Origin: Clostridia bacterium
Lineage (GTDB): Bacteria; Bacillota; Clostridia; Oscillospirales; CAG-272
Reading direction: 5' to 3'
NCBI GenBank assembly: GCA_017517745.1
Contig: JAFWYJ010000010.1
Location: forward strand, 146 to 64,145
DNA: 64,000 nt
Below the pieces are notes generated by a model. That model ran no database searches and had not been told where the DNA came from. It saw only the letters and a program-made list of their open reading frames with translations. A program made the translations under genes and the position numbers. This document shows, one piece after another, positions 18,515 to 28,861 of this stretch (the first letter of the stretch is position 1; the number at the start of each line of letters is the position of its first letter).

Positions 18515-19426
18515 TCACGCGTCGAGATATTCACACGCGGAGAGCGCGGCAACCGTACCGTCAGAAGTCGCGGTGGTCAGCTGACGGACGCGCTTCTGTC
18601 TGCAATCTCCCGCGGCAAACACGCCTCGCGCAGACGTTTTGCAATCGCCGTCCGCCAAAATATATCCGTCCTCAGAAAGCGCGACGACATCCGCGAAAGC
18701 GGCGTTCTGCGGAAGCACACCCACCGCCAAAAAAACGCCTGCGACGTCAAGGTCACGCCGCTCACCGCTTTTGAGGTTCCGAAGCACCACACCCGACACG
18801 GAATTTTCTCCCTTGATCTCATCTACCACGGTTTCGGTGATGATCTCGATCTTTTCGTTTCCTTCCAGCTTATCGAGCAAATATTTCTCGGCACGAAAGC
18901 CCTCGCGGCGATGGATCAGATAGACCTTCGGGCTGGTTTCGGCAAGCACCAACGCGTCCTGAACGGCGGTATTCCCGCCCCCCACCACGGCGACCTCGCG
19001 GCCGCGGAAGAACATCCCGTCACAGGTCGCGCAAAAAGAAACACCTCTGCCGATCAGCCGCTCCTCTCCCGGAACGCCGAGCGTTCGATGTCCCACGCCC
19101 GTGGCAAGAATCACCGCGCGCGCCGCGATCACTGCGTCGCGCGTCAGAAGCTCCCAGCCGCCGTCGGTCGATCGCATCCCCGTGATCTCCGCCCACTTGA
19201 TCTCGACGCTCAGCGCGCGAAGCTGTGTCATCATCTGCTCGGCAAGCTCAAAACCGCCGATCTCGGGTGCACCGGGATAATTTTCAACCATGCGGGACTG
19301 CACGATCTGTCCGCCGTAGCTCTTCCCTTCCACAAGAAGCGTCGATTTCCCCGCACGAAGCGCGTAAAGTGCCGCCGTCATTCCGGCAGGTCCGGCACCC
19401 ACAATCACGATATCATATTTGTTCAT
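18515..19426 (-). CDS. trxB: thioredoxin-disulfide reductase
   Basis: MNKYDIVIVGAGPAGMTAALY and the redox site CATCDG. Confidence 0.9.
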   Translation of the reverse strand: MNKYDIVIVGAGPAGMTAALYALRAGKSTLLVEGKSYGGQIVQSRMVENYPGAPEIGGFELAEQMMTQLRALSVEIKWAEITGMRSTDGGWELLTRDAVIAARAVILATGVGHRTLGVPGEERLIGRGVSFCATCDGMFFRGREVAVVGGGNTAVQDALVLAETSPKVYLIHRREGFRAEKYLLDKLEGNEKIEIITETVVDEIKGENSVSGVVLRNLKSGERRDLDVAGVFLAVGVLPQNAAFADVVALSEDGYILADGDCKTSARGVFAAGDCRQKRVRQLTTATSDGTVAALSACEYLDA

Positions 19427-19444
19427 TTGTGTTCTCAACCTTTC

Positions 19445-21220
19445 TCAACGTGATCCCGTCAGACGCATCGCGCGGATCTTATCCTCGTTCGGCGTGACGA
19501 TGCAGGACCAATTGGTGTGATAGATCACGAATCCCGGCTTGCTTCCCGCGGGCTTTTTGACGTTGCGGACCAAGGTGTAATCCACCTCCACGTTCTGTCC
19601 GTCCGCGCCCTTGGAAAAATACGCCGCGATCTCCGCCGCCTCCGTGAAATCCTGCGCCGAAGGCTCCTCGCCATCACACAGCATCACCGTGTGCGAACCG
19701 GGCAGATTTTTGACGTGGAACCAATAGTCATTTTTTCCTGCCAGCTTGTGTGTAATGTATTCATTCTGCAGATTGTTCTTTCCGCAAAGCACCTGATATC
19801 CGCCGCTCGTGCGAAAGCGTGCCACCGTTGGCGTCGCGCTCTTTTTGGATGCCGAATAGTTCTTCATGCGCGAGGCATATCCCGAACGGTAAAGCTCGTC
19901 GCGGATCTCTCCGAGGTCGGCGGCGGTCTCGGCATGTGTCAGCGCGTCAAAAACGCTGTCAATATAGCGCAACTCGCTCTCACCGATCTCGATCTGCCGC
20001 GCAAGCTCCACCTTGGCGGTCTTGCTCTTGTTGTATTTTTTGTAATAGACCTGCGCGTTTGCCGACGGCGAAAGTCTGCCGTCAAGCGTGATGACCGCCG
20101 TCCCAAACGTCCCGTCATCACGGCAATCCTCGTAGTCGGTCAGCTCGACGCGCGTCATACCTCTTTGCAGGCAGTAGAGATTCGCCGTGATCAGATCGGC
20201 ATATTTTTTGTATTCCTCGCCCTTTTTGCAAGCCTCAAGTTCCTCGCGCTGCAGCTCCAGCTTTCTGCGCAGGCGCGTATCGGCGTTGGTCAGGATCCGC
20301 AAAATATCCGCCGCGCGCTGTTTGACGTGGTTCTCACGGTCGCGCGTATGGAAAAATTCATCCAGCAAAAGCCCCGCGCTCTCATAGCGGCGCATTTCAA
20401 AATCGGTACCGTAGTGCCTCAGCTCACAGAAGGCATATTCAACCGGCTTTGTTCCGGAAAAAATGATCGACGGCGAAAAATTCGCTTCGCGGATCATATC
20501 GGTGATCTCAAAGAAAGCCTCCACCGCGCGTGCGCGGTCGACTTGGAACAGAAACGCGTCACCTCTGCCCGACGCTCGCCAAGCGATCTCTCTCGCCACC
20601 GCCGCAGAGATGCCGAGGAAGCGCGACGTGATCCACTTGTCAAGCGGTCGGTCGGGACTCTCCCCTGCCAGCATCTCCAAAAAGCCGTCGCGTGTCAACG
20701 AAATCGGATCCGCCTTGTCCTGCTGCGGCGGCAGCTCGTAGGTCATGCCCGGAAGCACCTGACGCCGACTCGAGGTGGAAAAATCCACCGTGCGAAGTGC
20801 CGCGATGATCCTGTCTCCGTCACCCGTGAAGATCAGATTGCTGTATTTGCCCATGATCTCAGCATAAAGCCGACGCGTGCAGGCAAAGCCCATTTCGTCC
20901 CGTGTCTCAAAGGACAGCACCGCCACGCGCTCAAAGCCCGCCTGACGGATCTCCGAAAGTCTTGCGCCCTGCAGATGCTTGCGCAAAAGCATGCACAGCA
21001 TCGGCGGCGTCATCGGGTTTTCCTTCTGTTGCGCGGTCAAGCAGATGCGCGGTGTGTTGGAACCGGCGTTGATCAAAAGCCGTCTGCTCCCTTCAAAGCC
21101 GCGCAGTTGCAGAACGATCTCGTCTCGCTCGGGCATGAATACCTTTTCAATTTTTGCGCCCAGTGCCGTTCTGCGGATCTCGTCGATCACACACGCCAGC
21201 ATTCCCGCGTCAAAAGCCAT
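19445..21220 (-). CDS. rqcH: NFACT-family ribosome quality-control protein RqcH (FbpA-like)
   Basis: MAFDAGMLACVIDEIRRTALGAKIEKVFMPERDEIVLQLR. The C-terminus matches DUF814 (WFHVKNLPGSHTV). Confidence 0.85.
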   Translation of the reverse strand: MAFDAGMLACVIDEIRRTALGAKIEKVFMPERDEIVLQLRGFEGSRRLLINAGSNTPRICLTAQQKENPMTPPMLCMLLRKHLQGARLSEIRQAGFERVAVLSFETRDEMGFACTRRLYAEIMGKYSNLIFTGDGDRIIAALRTVDFSTSSRRQVLPGMTYELPPQQDKADPISLTRDGFLEMLAGESPDRPLDKWITSRFLGISAAVAREIAWRASGRGDAFLFQVDRARAVEAFFEITDMIREANFSPSIIFSGTKPVEYAFCELRHYGTDFEMRRYESAGLLLDEFFHTRDRENHVKQRAADILRILTNADTRLRRKLELQREELEACKKGEEYKKYADLITANLYCLQRGMTRVELTDYEDCRDDGTFGTAVITLDGRLSPSANAQVYYKKYNKSKTAKVELARQIEIGESELRYIDSVFDALTHAETAADLGEIRDELYRSGYASRMKNYSASKKSATPTVARFRTSGGYQVLCGKNNLQNEYITHKLAGKNDYWFHVKNLPGSHTVMLCDGEEPSAQDFTEAAEIAAYFSKGADGQNVEVDYTLVRNVKKPAGSKPGFVIYHTNWSCIVTPNEDKIRAMRLTGSR

Positions 21221-21389
21221 GTCGTTTCCTCGCTTTCATCCTCATAAAGAAGGTATTTTCGAAAAAAATGGCCGAAAAATTCGGTTTTTTGAAAATAATC
21301 GTAAAAATATTATATCATACCGTTGCATTTTTTACAAGAGAATGATATAATATTCCCAGAAAAACATTTCCCGGAAAGGATATTTGATA

Positions 21390-22238
21390 ATGGACAAAAC
21401 CGTAATCGGCATTGACGTCGGCGGAACGACAACGAAGATCGTCGGATTTTGCAAGGGCGCGGACGGGACGAAAACGCTCATCGCCCCCCAATTCGTCCGC
21501 GCGACCGATCCTCAGACCTCCATTTACGGCGCGTTTGGAAAATTCACCGCCGAAAACGATCTGGAACTCTCCGACATCGATCGGATCCTGATGACGGGCG
21601 CGGGTGCCTCGGTTATCACCAAGCCGATCTATAACCTCAACTGCATCCCCGTTCCCGAATTTTCCTGCATCGGCATCGGAGGACTCTATCTCTCGGGGCT
21701 CAAGGAAGCCATCGTGGTCAGCATGGGCACGGGTACCGCGCTCATCCATGCCAAAAAAGAAGGCGAAAAACATACGATCGAGTACCTCGGCGGCACCGGC
21801 ATGGGCGGAGGTACGCTGATCGGACTTTGCCGCAAAATGCTGGGCGTTGACACCATTGAGCACATCGAGCAGCTTTGTGCCGACGGCAATCTCGAAAATA
21901 TCGACCTGCGCATCAAGGACATCTCGCGCAGTCAGTATCACGGCATCAACGAAAACCTCACCGCGGCAAACTTCGGAAAGGTCTCGGATCTGGCAACCGG
22001 CTCCGACTTGGCGCTCGGAATTACCAACATGGTGGCGGAAACCATCATGATGCTCACGGTTTTTGCCGCCCGCAGCTACGGTCTGCGCGACATCGTGCTG
22101 ATCGGAAATCTCACCACCATCGAGCCGATCCGCCAAGTGTTCGAACGCCATGCCGAAACCTTTGGCGTGCGATTCGTGATCCCCGAAAATTCGCAATTCG
22201 GCACCGTCATCGGAGCCGCACTCAACGATGGAGAATAA
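21390..22238 (+). CDS. coaW: type II pantothenate kinase
   Basis: VIGIDVGGTTTKIVGF ... SMGTGTA ... LGGTGMGGGTLIGL. Confidence 0.8.
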   Translation: MDKTVIGIDVGGTTTKIVGFCKGADGTKTLIAPQFVRATDPQTSIYGAFGKFTAENDLELSDIDRILMTGAGASVITKPIYNLNCIPVPEFSCIGIGGLYLSGLKEAIVVSMGTGTALIHAKKEGEKHTIEYLGGTGMGGGTLIGLCRKMLGVDTIEHIEQLCADGNLENIDLRIKDISRSQYHGINENLTAANFGKVSDLATGSDLALGITNMVAETIMMLTVFAARSYGLRDIVLIGNLTTIEPIRQVFERHAETFGVRFVIPENSQFGTVIGAALNDGE

Positions 22239-22245
22239 AAATGAC

Positions 22246-22282
22246 AAAAATCCGATCTTTCTTTCAAAAAGATCGGATTTTT
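22246..22282. terminator. bidirectional terminator between coaW and recX
   Basis: AAAAATCCGATCTTT-ctttcaa-AAAGATCGGATTTTT. Confidence 0.8.
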
Positions 22283-22304
22283 TGATATAAAAAGCATGCC
22301 CGTA

Positions 22305-22973
22305 TCATCCGTCGCGTTCGATCGCCGCAAGCGCTTGTCGAATCTCTTCGAGCGAATATCCGTAGCGTCCGAGAGATGCGACGATCTTTCTCCGTTGTGC
22401 GGGATCGCCGGGAATCTCGCTGTAATGCTTCCGCAGAAGTTTTGCGCAATTTTCAGTAAAATCCACGGTTTCCAACAACATTGCAAGCCCTTCGACGGTC
22501 TCCTTTGCAAAGCCGCGCTCCCACATGTGCGCATAAATGCGCTTTGAGCCCCAGAGCTTCTGCAGACAACGCTCGAATTCGCGGCGAAGATACTCCTCCT
22601 CGTTGATCATTCCCATCTGTTGCAGCTTTTTCGCAGCCTCCAGCGCGATCTCGCGCGAGAATCCGCGTCGCGTCAACTTTTGCGTCAACGTATAGACCGT
22701 GTTAGCTCCATACGAAAGCAAATTTTCACTGCATCGGATGGCTTGACAGAGCTTGGATGCCGTCTCCAACCGTTCAAAAACCTCTTCGTCGATCTCACCT
22801 TTGACGGGCTTGAGCTCACAATATTGCTCCACGGTCAGAGGAAGTCTCCGTTCTTCCCGACGTTCCCCTGCTTCGAAAAGAACACAGACCACCACCTCCG
22901 AGCCGTCGTTTTGCGCTTGCAATGAGCGAACGGTGATCGTCATGGGGGCGTGACAGAAATCCGCCTCGGTCAT
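22305..22973 (-). CDS. recX: RecA regulator RecX
   Basis: ATGA overlap with the recA stop. Repeated helical modules, e.g. [21 protein letters not shown]. Confidence 0.75.
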   Translation of the reverse strand: MTEADFCHAPMTITVRSLQAQNDGSEVVVCVLFEAGERREERRLPLTVEQYCELKPVKGEIDEEVFERLETASKLCQAIRCSENLLSYGANTVYTLTQKLTRRGFSREIALEAAKKLQQMGMINEEEYLRREFERCLQKLWGSKRIYAHMWERGFAKETVEGLAMLLETVDFTENCAKLLRKHYSEIPGDPAQRRKIVASLGRYGYSLEEIRQALAAIERDG

Positions 22974-24115
22974 GATTCATCCGCACCCTCATCGGAAAGG
23001 CGGAGATCGAAATCATCGTCCTCGTCCACCTCGAATTCCTCGGTCTCGGGAAGCTTGGCGCTCTCGCTCATGGCGCGGACGCGCTCCTCGATCTCCTGCA
23101 TCATGGCGGGATTGCTCTCGATCAGCTTACGCACGTTTTCCTTGCCCTGTCCGATTCTTTCCCCATTATAAGAGAACCAGGAGCCGCTCTTTTTGATGAT
23201 GTCCAGCGCGATCGCGTAATCCAAGATCTCGCCCGATGCGGAGATGCCCTTGCCGTACAGAATATCAAACTCCGCCACGCGGAACGGCGGGGCGACCTTA
23301 TTCTTGACGATCTTGCACTTGACGTGGTTGCCGTAAATATCGTTTCCGTCCTTGAGCTGCTCTGTCTTGCGAACGTCGATGCGAACCGACGCGAAGAACT
23401 TGAGCGCGCGGCCGCCGGACGTGGTTTCGGGGTTGCCGTAGATCACGCCAACCTTCTCGCGAATTTGGTTGATGAAGACGAGCACACAGTTGCTCTTGGA
23501 AATGACACCCGACAGCTTGCGCATTGCCTGAGACATCATTCTCGCCTGGACACCGACCATCGATTGTCCCATATCTCCCTCGATCTCCTGGCGTGGAACG
23601 AGTGCCGCAACCGAGTCGACCACGATGGCATCCACCGCTCCCGAGCGTGCGAGCGCCTCGCAGATCTCAAGCGCATCCTCGCCGCAATCGGGCTGAGAAA
23701 CCAGCAGATCGTTGATGTCAACGCCCAACGCCTTGGCGTAAACGGGATCGAGCGCGTGCTCGGCATCAATGAACGCCGCCGTGCCACCGATCTTCTGCAC
23801 CTCCGCCAAAATATGCAACGCGACCGTTGTCTTACCGGAAGACTCGGGACCAAAAATTTCGACAATACGTCCGCGCGGAACGCCGCCGATGCCGAGTGCA
23901 AGGTCCAGAGAAAGGGAGCCGGTGTGGATCGCCTGCACCTCCATGCGGCTGTTTTCTCCCAATTTCATAATAGATCCCGCGCCGAAGTTGCGCTCGATCT
24001 GAGACATGGCGGTAGCAAGCGCCTGCTTTTTTCCGTCCGCATCCAGATTGACCGGAACTGCCGCCTTGATTTTTTTGGATGTTGCCATACTGTTGTTTGT
24101 CCTTTCCCGGGGCAT
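22970..24115 (-). CDS. recA: recombinase RecA
   Basis: [23 protein letters not shown]. An alternative start at ATG 24088 (MATSKK...) is equally plausible. Confidence 0.95.
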   Translation of the reverse strand: MPRERTNNSMATSKKIKAAVPVNLDADGKKQALATAMSQIERNFGAGSIMKLGENSRMEVQAIHTGSLSLDLALGIGGVPRGRIVEIFGPESSGKTTVALHILAEVQKIGGTAAFIDAEHALDPVYAKALGVDINDLLVSQPDCGEDALEICEALARSGAVDAIVVDSVAALVPRQEIEGDMGQSMVGVQARMMSQAMRKLSGVISKSNCVLVFINQIREKVGVIYGNPETTSGGRALKFFASVRIDVRKTEQLKDGNDIYGNHVKCKIVKNKVAPPFRVAEFDILYGKGISASGEILDYAIALDIIKKSGSWFSYNGERIGQGKENVRKLIESNPAMMQEIEERVRAMSESAKLPETEEFEVDEDDDFDLRLSDEGADES

Positions 24116-24142
24116 ACCAACCCCATCCTTTTCGATGTCTCT

Positions 24143-24171
24143 ATTATACTACGCTCTTTGGGGTTTGTCAA
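24143..24171 (-). promoter_or_regulatory. consensus recA promoter
   Basis: On the minus strand: TTGACA (24166-71), 17 nt, TATAAT (24143-48). Confidence 0.75.
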
Positions 24172-24360
24172 TAGTTTTTTGAAAATATTTTTCCGTTTTT
24201 GGAATTTTAAAATTGACTTTTTGTTTTTAAATAAATCAAACCGTGCAAAAAATTCCAAAAACAAACATTTCAAGAAGAATCCCAGACAAAGCACATCAAA
24301 CCATTTCACCTTGTCTTTCTCGACTCAATTCCAAAAGAAGAAAAAAATTAAAAAAACCAC

Positions 24361-24389
24361 TTGAAATCCATTCTAAATAATGTTATAAT
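24361..24389 (+). promoter_or_regulatory. ftsK promoter
   Basis: TTGAAA, 17 nt ending in TGT, TATAAT. Confidence 0.65.
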
Positions 24390-24427
24390 AAAAATTAGTA
24401 TTTAAGCGCAGAAAGGAAGGAAACTTC

Positions 24428-27400
24428 ATGACCGAACAAGAAAAGCGCCGTTCGTCCTCGGACGCCGCCGGCCCGATCGAGAACACCACAAATCTCTTGC
24501 ATGAGTTTGGTGCGGCACCGAAAAAGCAACCGACGACTCCCAAGGCACCGACTCCCGCTCCCTCTCCTGCAAGCAAATCGACCGCATCGGAAGCCGTGCC
24601 GGAAAAGAAGCAGGCAAGCGGTGAACATAAACCCAACCATTCATCGGGAGCCGCAAAAAAGAGTGCTTCCGCCGGCAAAGGAGGAGCCAAGAAATCCTCT
24701 TCCCGCACCAAGGTGAAATCCGAAAGTGCCAAGGAAAAAACGCCATCCGGACGGACACACGCCTCCACTGCCACTCCCGCCTCCGCAAAAAAAGGCAAGA
24801 AGGAAACGCCCACCGCCGAGGATGAGCTTCCCCGCTCTTCCAAGCCCGCGCACCGCGTCATGCCCTTTGTTCTCATTCTGTTGGCAGTTTTCATTCTGGT
24901 GTCGCTGACACTCAATCTGCTCTGCAATTGGAACAACAAGCTGGGCACCGCCGGAACGCCCGAAGCACATTGGATGGGCTTGTTTGGATATTACCTCTGC
25001 TATTGGCTGTTTGGTTTATTCGGTCCCGCGGTCTTCGTCCTCCCCTTCCTTTTGCTCAATCTGGCTTTCTTCTGGAAGAGATACGTCGATAGCCGCGTGA
25101 CGATCTCCAAGATCGTTGTTTCAATCGTCTTTCTCCTGCTCCTCAGCGCCACCATTCATGTGATCTGTCTGCCCTTCTTCAAGCAGCAATACCCCGATCA
25201 TGACCTCGCGCTTTCGGCGGCAGAGCTGATCTCCTCGGGCGTACTCATGACCGGAGGCGGTCTATTTGGCGGAAAGCTGGGATATCTGATGCATCTGCTG
25301 CTCAGCGTCCCCGGTACGCTCATTCTCTCGCCTCCCCTTCTTGCGCTCGGACTCTTCTACATTCTCGGCATGACGCCGCAAAATCTGTGGAATCATTACC
25401 GCGAACGCCGCGTCGCGCGTATGGCAGAACGCGAAAAGGCGGAGGAAAACGAATCCGAAGCCAACAAGGAAAAAGAAATCCCCGCAACCGGAACGAATGC
25501 AATCGTCGATGACGAGCAGGATGCATACATGCCTCCGAAAAAAGGCGCGCCAACGACGGAAGCCGCTCCGAACAAAAAGAATCCCGAAGACAGACTCGCG
25601 CCCATGCCGTTGCCCAAGCTGGATCCGAGTGACGGATCTACGCTCTTCGTTCCGAGCGACGTCAACCGAAAAATGAGAGAAGAGCACGCGGCGCGTCTGG
25701 CTGCAAAGAAAGCGGCTGAGAAGACTCAGGCCGCACCCGCGCCTGCACCGGCTCCTGCTCCCGTTGCGCCGACGCCTGCACCGACGGCTCCGCAACCCAA
25801 GTCTGACTTTGCACAAAACCGCGATGCCGCGGTTGATCCCATTTTCCCAAAATCGGCAGAATCCAAAGCACAGCGCAAAACGCCGAAGGCGGAACGCAAC
25901 TTTGATCTGCGCAACGTGTTCATTGATTTTGATGACGAAACGGACAAGCCGGCTCCCACGCCGCGCAAGCACGCCCCCGTGCCGCCCGAGGTTCCTCTTG
26001 CCCCCGCGCAGAAAAAGACGAATCCCGCGGCTCCCGTCGCCCCCGGCACGCCGCAAAGACCGACATCCCCCAACGCTGCGACGTCGGGTGCTTCTCCCGC
26101 GCAGCGTCCCGCAACCCGTCCGACGCCTGCGGGTGCACCTTCCAAGGCTCCTTCGACAAATGCGATCAAGCCTGCTGCCCCCGGAGCACAGCCCGTGAAG
26201 AAGGACGTCGCACAGCCGATCTTCCGTCATGCCGACAACACGCAAAAGAAAGACTTCGGCCTTTCCAGCGAAGAATTTGAAAAGCTGGAAGCAGAGCGCG
26301 CCGGAATCCCGTCAAAGTCGGGAACGAAGCCCGCGCCCAAAGCTCCCGCAACTCCCGTGAAAACCGCGGCGGGCAAAGATGCCGCCAAAAAGCCTGCGGC
26401 GCCCAAGAAATACGTATTCCCCCCGATCTCCTATCTCCAACCCGGCGAGCCGATGACGGCGGAAAACCGTGCCGAGATCCAAGCCAGCATGACACAGCTT
26501 GCCGAAACGCTTACAAGCTTCCGTGTGCGCGTGCAGGAGATCAACTATTCCTGCGGACCGACGGTCACGCGCTATGAGGTCATTCTCGCACCCGGTGTGC
26601 GCGTCAGCACCATCAAAAATCTTGCCGACGACATCGCGCTGTCGCTTCGCTCCTCGGGCGGCGTTCGTATCGAAGCCCCCATCCCCGGCACCAACGCCGT
26701 GGGCATTGAGGTACCCAACAAGACGCGTTCGACGATCTATCTGCGCGATCTGATCGAATCCAAAGAATTCGCCAAAGCCTCCAGCAAACTCGCCGCTTGT
26801 CTCGGCGCCGATATTGCGGGTGATCCGATCATCTTCGACATCGTCAAAATGCCTCACCTTCTGGTTGCGGGTACGACGGGAAGCGGTAAGTCGGTCTGCA
26901 TCAACTGCATCATCATGAGCCTGCTTTACAAGGTCCGCCCCGATGAGGTCAAGTTCATCCTGATCGACCCCAAGAAGGTCGAATTCAGCATCTACAAAAA
27001 CATTCCTCATCTGATGGCTCCCGTTGTCACCACGCCGAAGGATGCGGCGGGTGCGTTGCAGGCAGCCGTTGAGGAAATGGAACGGCGTTTTGAGATCTTT
27101 GAATCGATCGGCGTGCGCGACATCAAGGGATATAATGCAATCACTGCGGACGATCCCGACATGCCCTATATGCCGCACATCGTCATCATCATCGACGAGC
27201 TTGCCGATTTGATGATGACCGCGAAAAACGAAGTTGAGACGGCGATCTGCCGTATCGCCCAAAAGGCGCGTGCCGCAGGAATGCATCTCATCATCGGTAC
27301 TCAGCGTCCTTCTGCCGACGTTGTCACCGGTCTGATCAAAGCAAACGTACCTTCGAGCATCGCCTTTGCCGTCAAGTCGCAAGTCGACTCGCGCGTCATT

Positions 27401-27895
27401 CTTGACCACGGCGGAGCGGAAGCTCTGACAGGACGCGGAGACATGCTCTTCGTTCCGATCGGCGCGATGCGCGACACCCGTGTGCAAGGCGCGTTTGTGG
27501 ATGACAAGGAGGTCGAAAAGATCTGCGAATTCATCCGCGCAACAAACGGTACCGCTCAGTATGACGAGAAGTTTATCTCCAAACTCAAGGAGCTTGCCGC
27601 TCAGTGCGGCAACAAGGGAAAGAACGACGACCTGCCGCCTCCCGTCGACGGTGAAAAGACGGACGATCCCAAATATGCCGACGCGGTGCGCGTGGCGATC
27701 GAGGAAGGTCGCATCTCCACGTCGCTCCTCCAGCGCAAACTCGAGGTCGGATATTCCCGCGCCGCAAAGCTGGTCGACCGTATGCAGTCCGAGGGCATCG
27801 TCTCCCCTCCCGACGGCTCCAAACCGCGCTCCATCCTCATCACCAAAGAACAATATTTCGAAAAATTCTTTGACAATGCCGAGGACGGTCAGTAA
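24428..27895 (+). CDS. ftsK: DNA translocase FtsK/SpoIIIE with long low-complexity N-terminal and linker regions
   Basis: C-terminal motor (VAGTTGSGKSVCIN, IIIDELADLM) and a gamma winged helix. About 150 aa of basic, disordered sequence precedes the TM block, and a Pro/Ala-rich linker follows it. Confidence 0.9.
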   Translation: MTEQEKRRSSSDAAGPIENTTNLLHEFGAAPKKQPTTPKAPTPAPSPASKSTASEAVPEKKQASGEHKPNHSSGAAKKSASAGKGGAKKSSSRTKVKSESAKEKTPSGRTHASTATPASAKKGKKETPTAEDELPRSSKPAHRVMPFVLILLAVFILVSLTLNLLCNWNNKLGTAGTPEAHWMGLFGYYLCYWLFGLFGPAVFVLPFLLLNLAFFWKRYVDSRVTISKIVVSIVFLLLLSATIHVICLPFFKQQYPDHDLALSAAELISSGVLMTGGGLFGGKLGYLMHLLLSVPGTLILSPPLLALGLFYILGMTPQNLWNHYRERRVARMAEREKAEENESEANKEKEIPATGTNAIVDDEQDAYMPPKKGAPTTEAAPNKKNPEDRLAPMPLPKLDPSDGSTLFVPSDVNRKMREEHAARLAAKKAAEKTQAAPAPAPAPAPVAPTPAPTAPQPKSDFAQNRDAAVDPIFPKSAESKAQRKTPKAERNFDLRNVFIDFDDETDKPAPTPRKHAPVPPEVPLAPAQKKTNPAAPVAPGTPQRPTSPNAATSGASPAQRPATRPTPAGAPSKAPSTNAIKPAAPGAQPVKKDVAQPIFRHADNTQKKDFGLSSEEFEKLEAERAGIPSKSGTKPAPKAPATPVKTAAGKDAAKKPAAPKKYVFPPISYLQPGEPMTAENRAEIQASMTQLAETLTSFRVRVQEINYSCGPTVTRYEVILAPGVRVSTIKNLADDIALSLRSSGGVRIEAPIPGTNAVGIEVPNKTRSTIYLRDLIESKEFAKASSKLAACLGADIAGDPIIFDIVKMPHLLVAGTTGSGKSVCINCIIMSLLYKVRPDEVKFILIDPKKVEFSIYKNIPHLMAPVVTTPKDAAGALQAAVEEMERRFEIFESIGVRDIKGYNAITADDPDMPYMPHIVIIIDELADLMMTAKNEVETAICRIAQKARAAGMHLIIGTQRPSADVVTGLIKANVPSSIAFAVKSQVDSRVILDHGGAEALTGRGDMLFVPIGAMRDTRVQGAFVDDKEVEKICEFIRATNGTAQYDEKFISKLKELAAQCGNKGKNDDLPPPVDGEKTDDPKYADAVRVAIEEGRISTSLLQRKLEVGYSRAAKLVDRMQSEGIVSPPDGSKPRSILITKEQYFEKFFDNAEDGQ

Positions 27896-27935
27896 ATCAA
27901 ATGATGTGGAGCGATTTTTGAAAAAAGCGATTTTT

Positions 27936-27967
27936 ATGGGGGAACTTTTTGAGAAAAGTTCCCCCAT
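27936..27967. repeat. REP-like palindrome, copy d
   Basis: ATGGGGGAACTTTT-tgag-AAAAGTTCCCCCAT, followed by ACCCCTTCAAAAACTTT. Confidence 0.8.
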
Positions 27968-28046
27968 ACCCCTTCAAAAACTTTGATCGCATTGGACATG
28001 AACGTAATGGTTTATCCGTGCGCTCGCTCATTCAATAGCTCTCGCG

Positions 28047-28087
28047 GCCGTTTTGGGATCACCACCCAAAACGGCTTTTGTTTTTTT
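28047..28087 (+). terminator. Rho-independent terminator (ftsK side)
   Basis: GCCGTTTTGGG-atcacca-CCCAAAACGGC followed by TTTTGTTTTTTT. Confidence 0.8.
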
Positions 28088-28120
28088 GTGGGGGAGCTTT
28101 TTGAAAAAAGCTCCCCCACA
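28087..28120. repeat. REP-like perfect palindrome, copy e
   Basis: TGTGGGGGAGCTTTTT-ga-AAAAAGCTCCCCCACA. Confidence 0.8.
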
Positions 28121-28163
28121 TTCGCGTCTCCATGAAGACCGCGTCACAGACAGAATATATGAC

Positions 28164-28849
28164 TCAAAGCTTCGCCAACAGCTCCACAAACTCGTCCAGC
28201 GTGGTGACGGAGAAATCGGGGCGGATCGCGTCATACTGCGCCGCTCCGCGCGGACAATAGTGGCAGGTTTTGATGCCGGCATTGATGCCGCCTTGAATAT
28301 CCGACGTCAAGCTGTCGCCAAGGATGATGGATTGCTCGCGGTCGAGGTGCGGGATCTCGGCAAAGCAACGATCAAAAAATTCTTTGCTCGGCTTAACCGC
28401 TCCGATCTCCTCGGAAAGGAAGATCCTTTGAAAATAGCGTTTGATCCCCGCGCTCTCCATGCGTCCGTTTTGCACTGCGGTGGTTCCGTTGGAAACGGCG
28501 TAAAGCTCGTATCTGCCGAACAACCGCTCGAGAAGCGTCTCGGCACCCGGCATGAAGAAATGCCCGTGCGAAAGCGTTTCTTCGTAATACGTGCGCGCGT
28601 ATTCGGCGTCGCGCACCACGCCAAGCTCGTCAAACAGCAGCTTGAAACGGCGGAGTTTGACCTCGGCACGCGTCAGCTGTCCCTTCTCCAGAAGCTTCCA
28701 TTGCGCATCGTTGATCTCGCTGTATCGCGTGACAACCGCATCGGTCGGCTCGATCTCCAGATGCCGCAGCGTCTTTTTGACCGCCTCGGCCTCCGCCTTG
28801 TGAAAATCCAGCACCGTGTCGTCAATATCCAAAACACGAATTTGATCAT
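28164..28849 (-). CDS. HAD-IA hydrolase (YjjG-like nucleotidase type) with an apparent 1-nt frameshift after codon 6
   Basis: Motifs DIDDT, SNG and GDSLTSDIQGG. The only RBS-backed start (AAGGAG-7nt-ATG 28849) is out of frame with the body. Adding one base to the A4 run at 28831-34 gives MIKFVFLDIDDTVLDF. Confidence 0.7.
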
Positions 28850-28861
28850 GATATGCTCCTT

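Noticed and set aside
19517-21247. 576-aa ORF on the plus strand
   Set aside because: It is antisense to rqcH. The product is Arg-rich and featureless, and there is no RBS.
24432-24453. CGAAC-N12-GTTCG near the ftsK start, considered as a LexA site
   Set aside because: The spacer is 12 nt rather than 4, and the site lies within coding sequence downstream of the ftsK promoter.
26312-27967. 551-aa ORF on the minus strand, plus the cluster of overlapping ORFs at 24373..26495
   Set aside because: They are antisense or out of frame with ftsK. They arise from GC-rich, low-complexity linker coding sequence.
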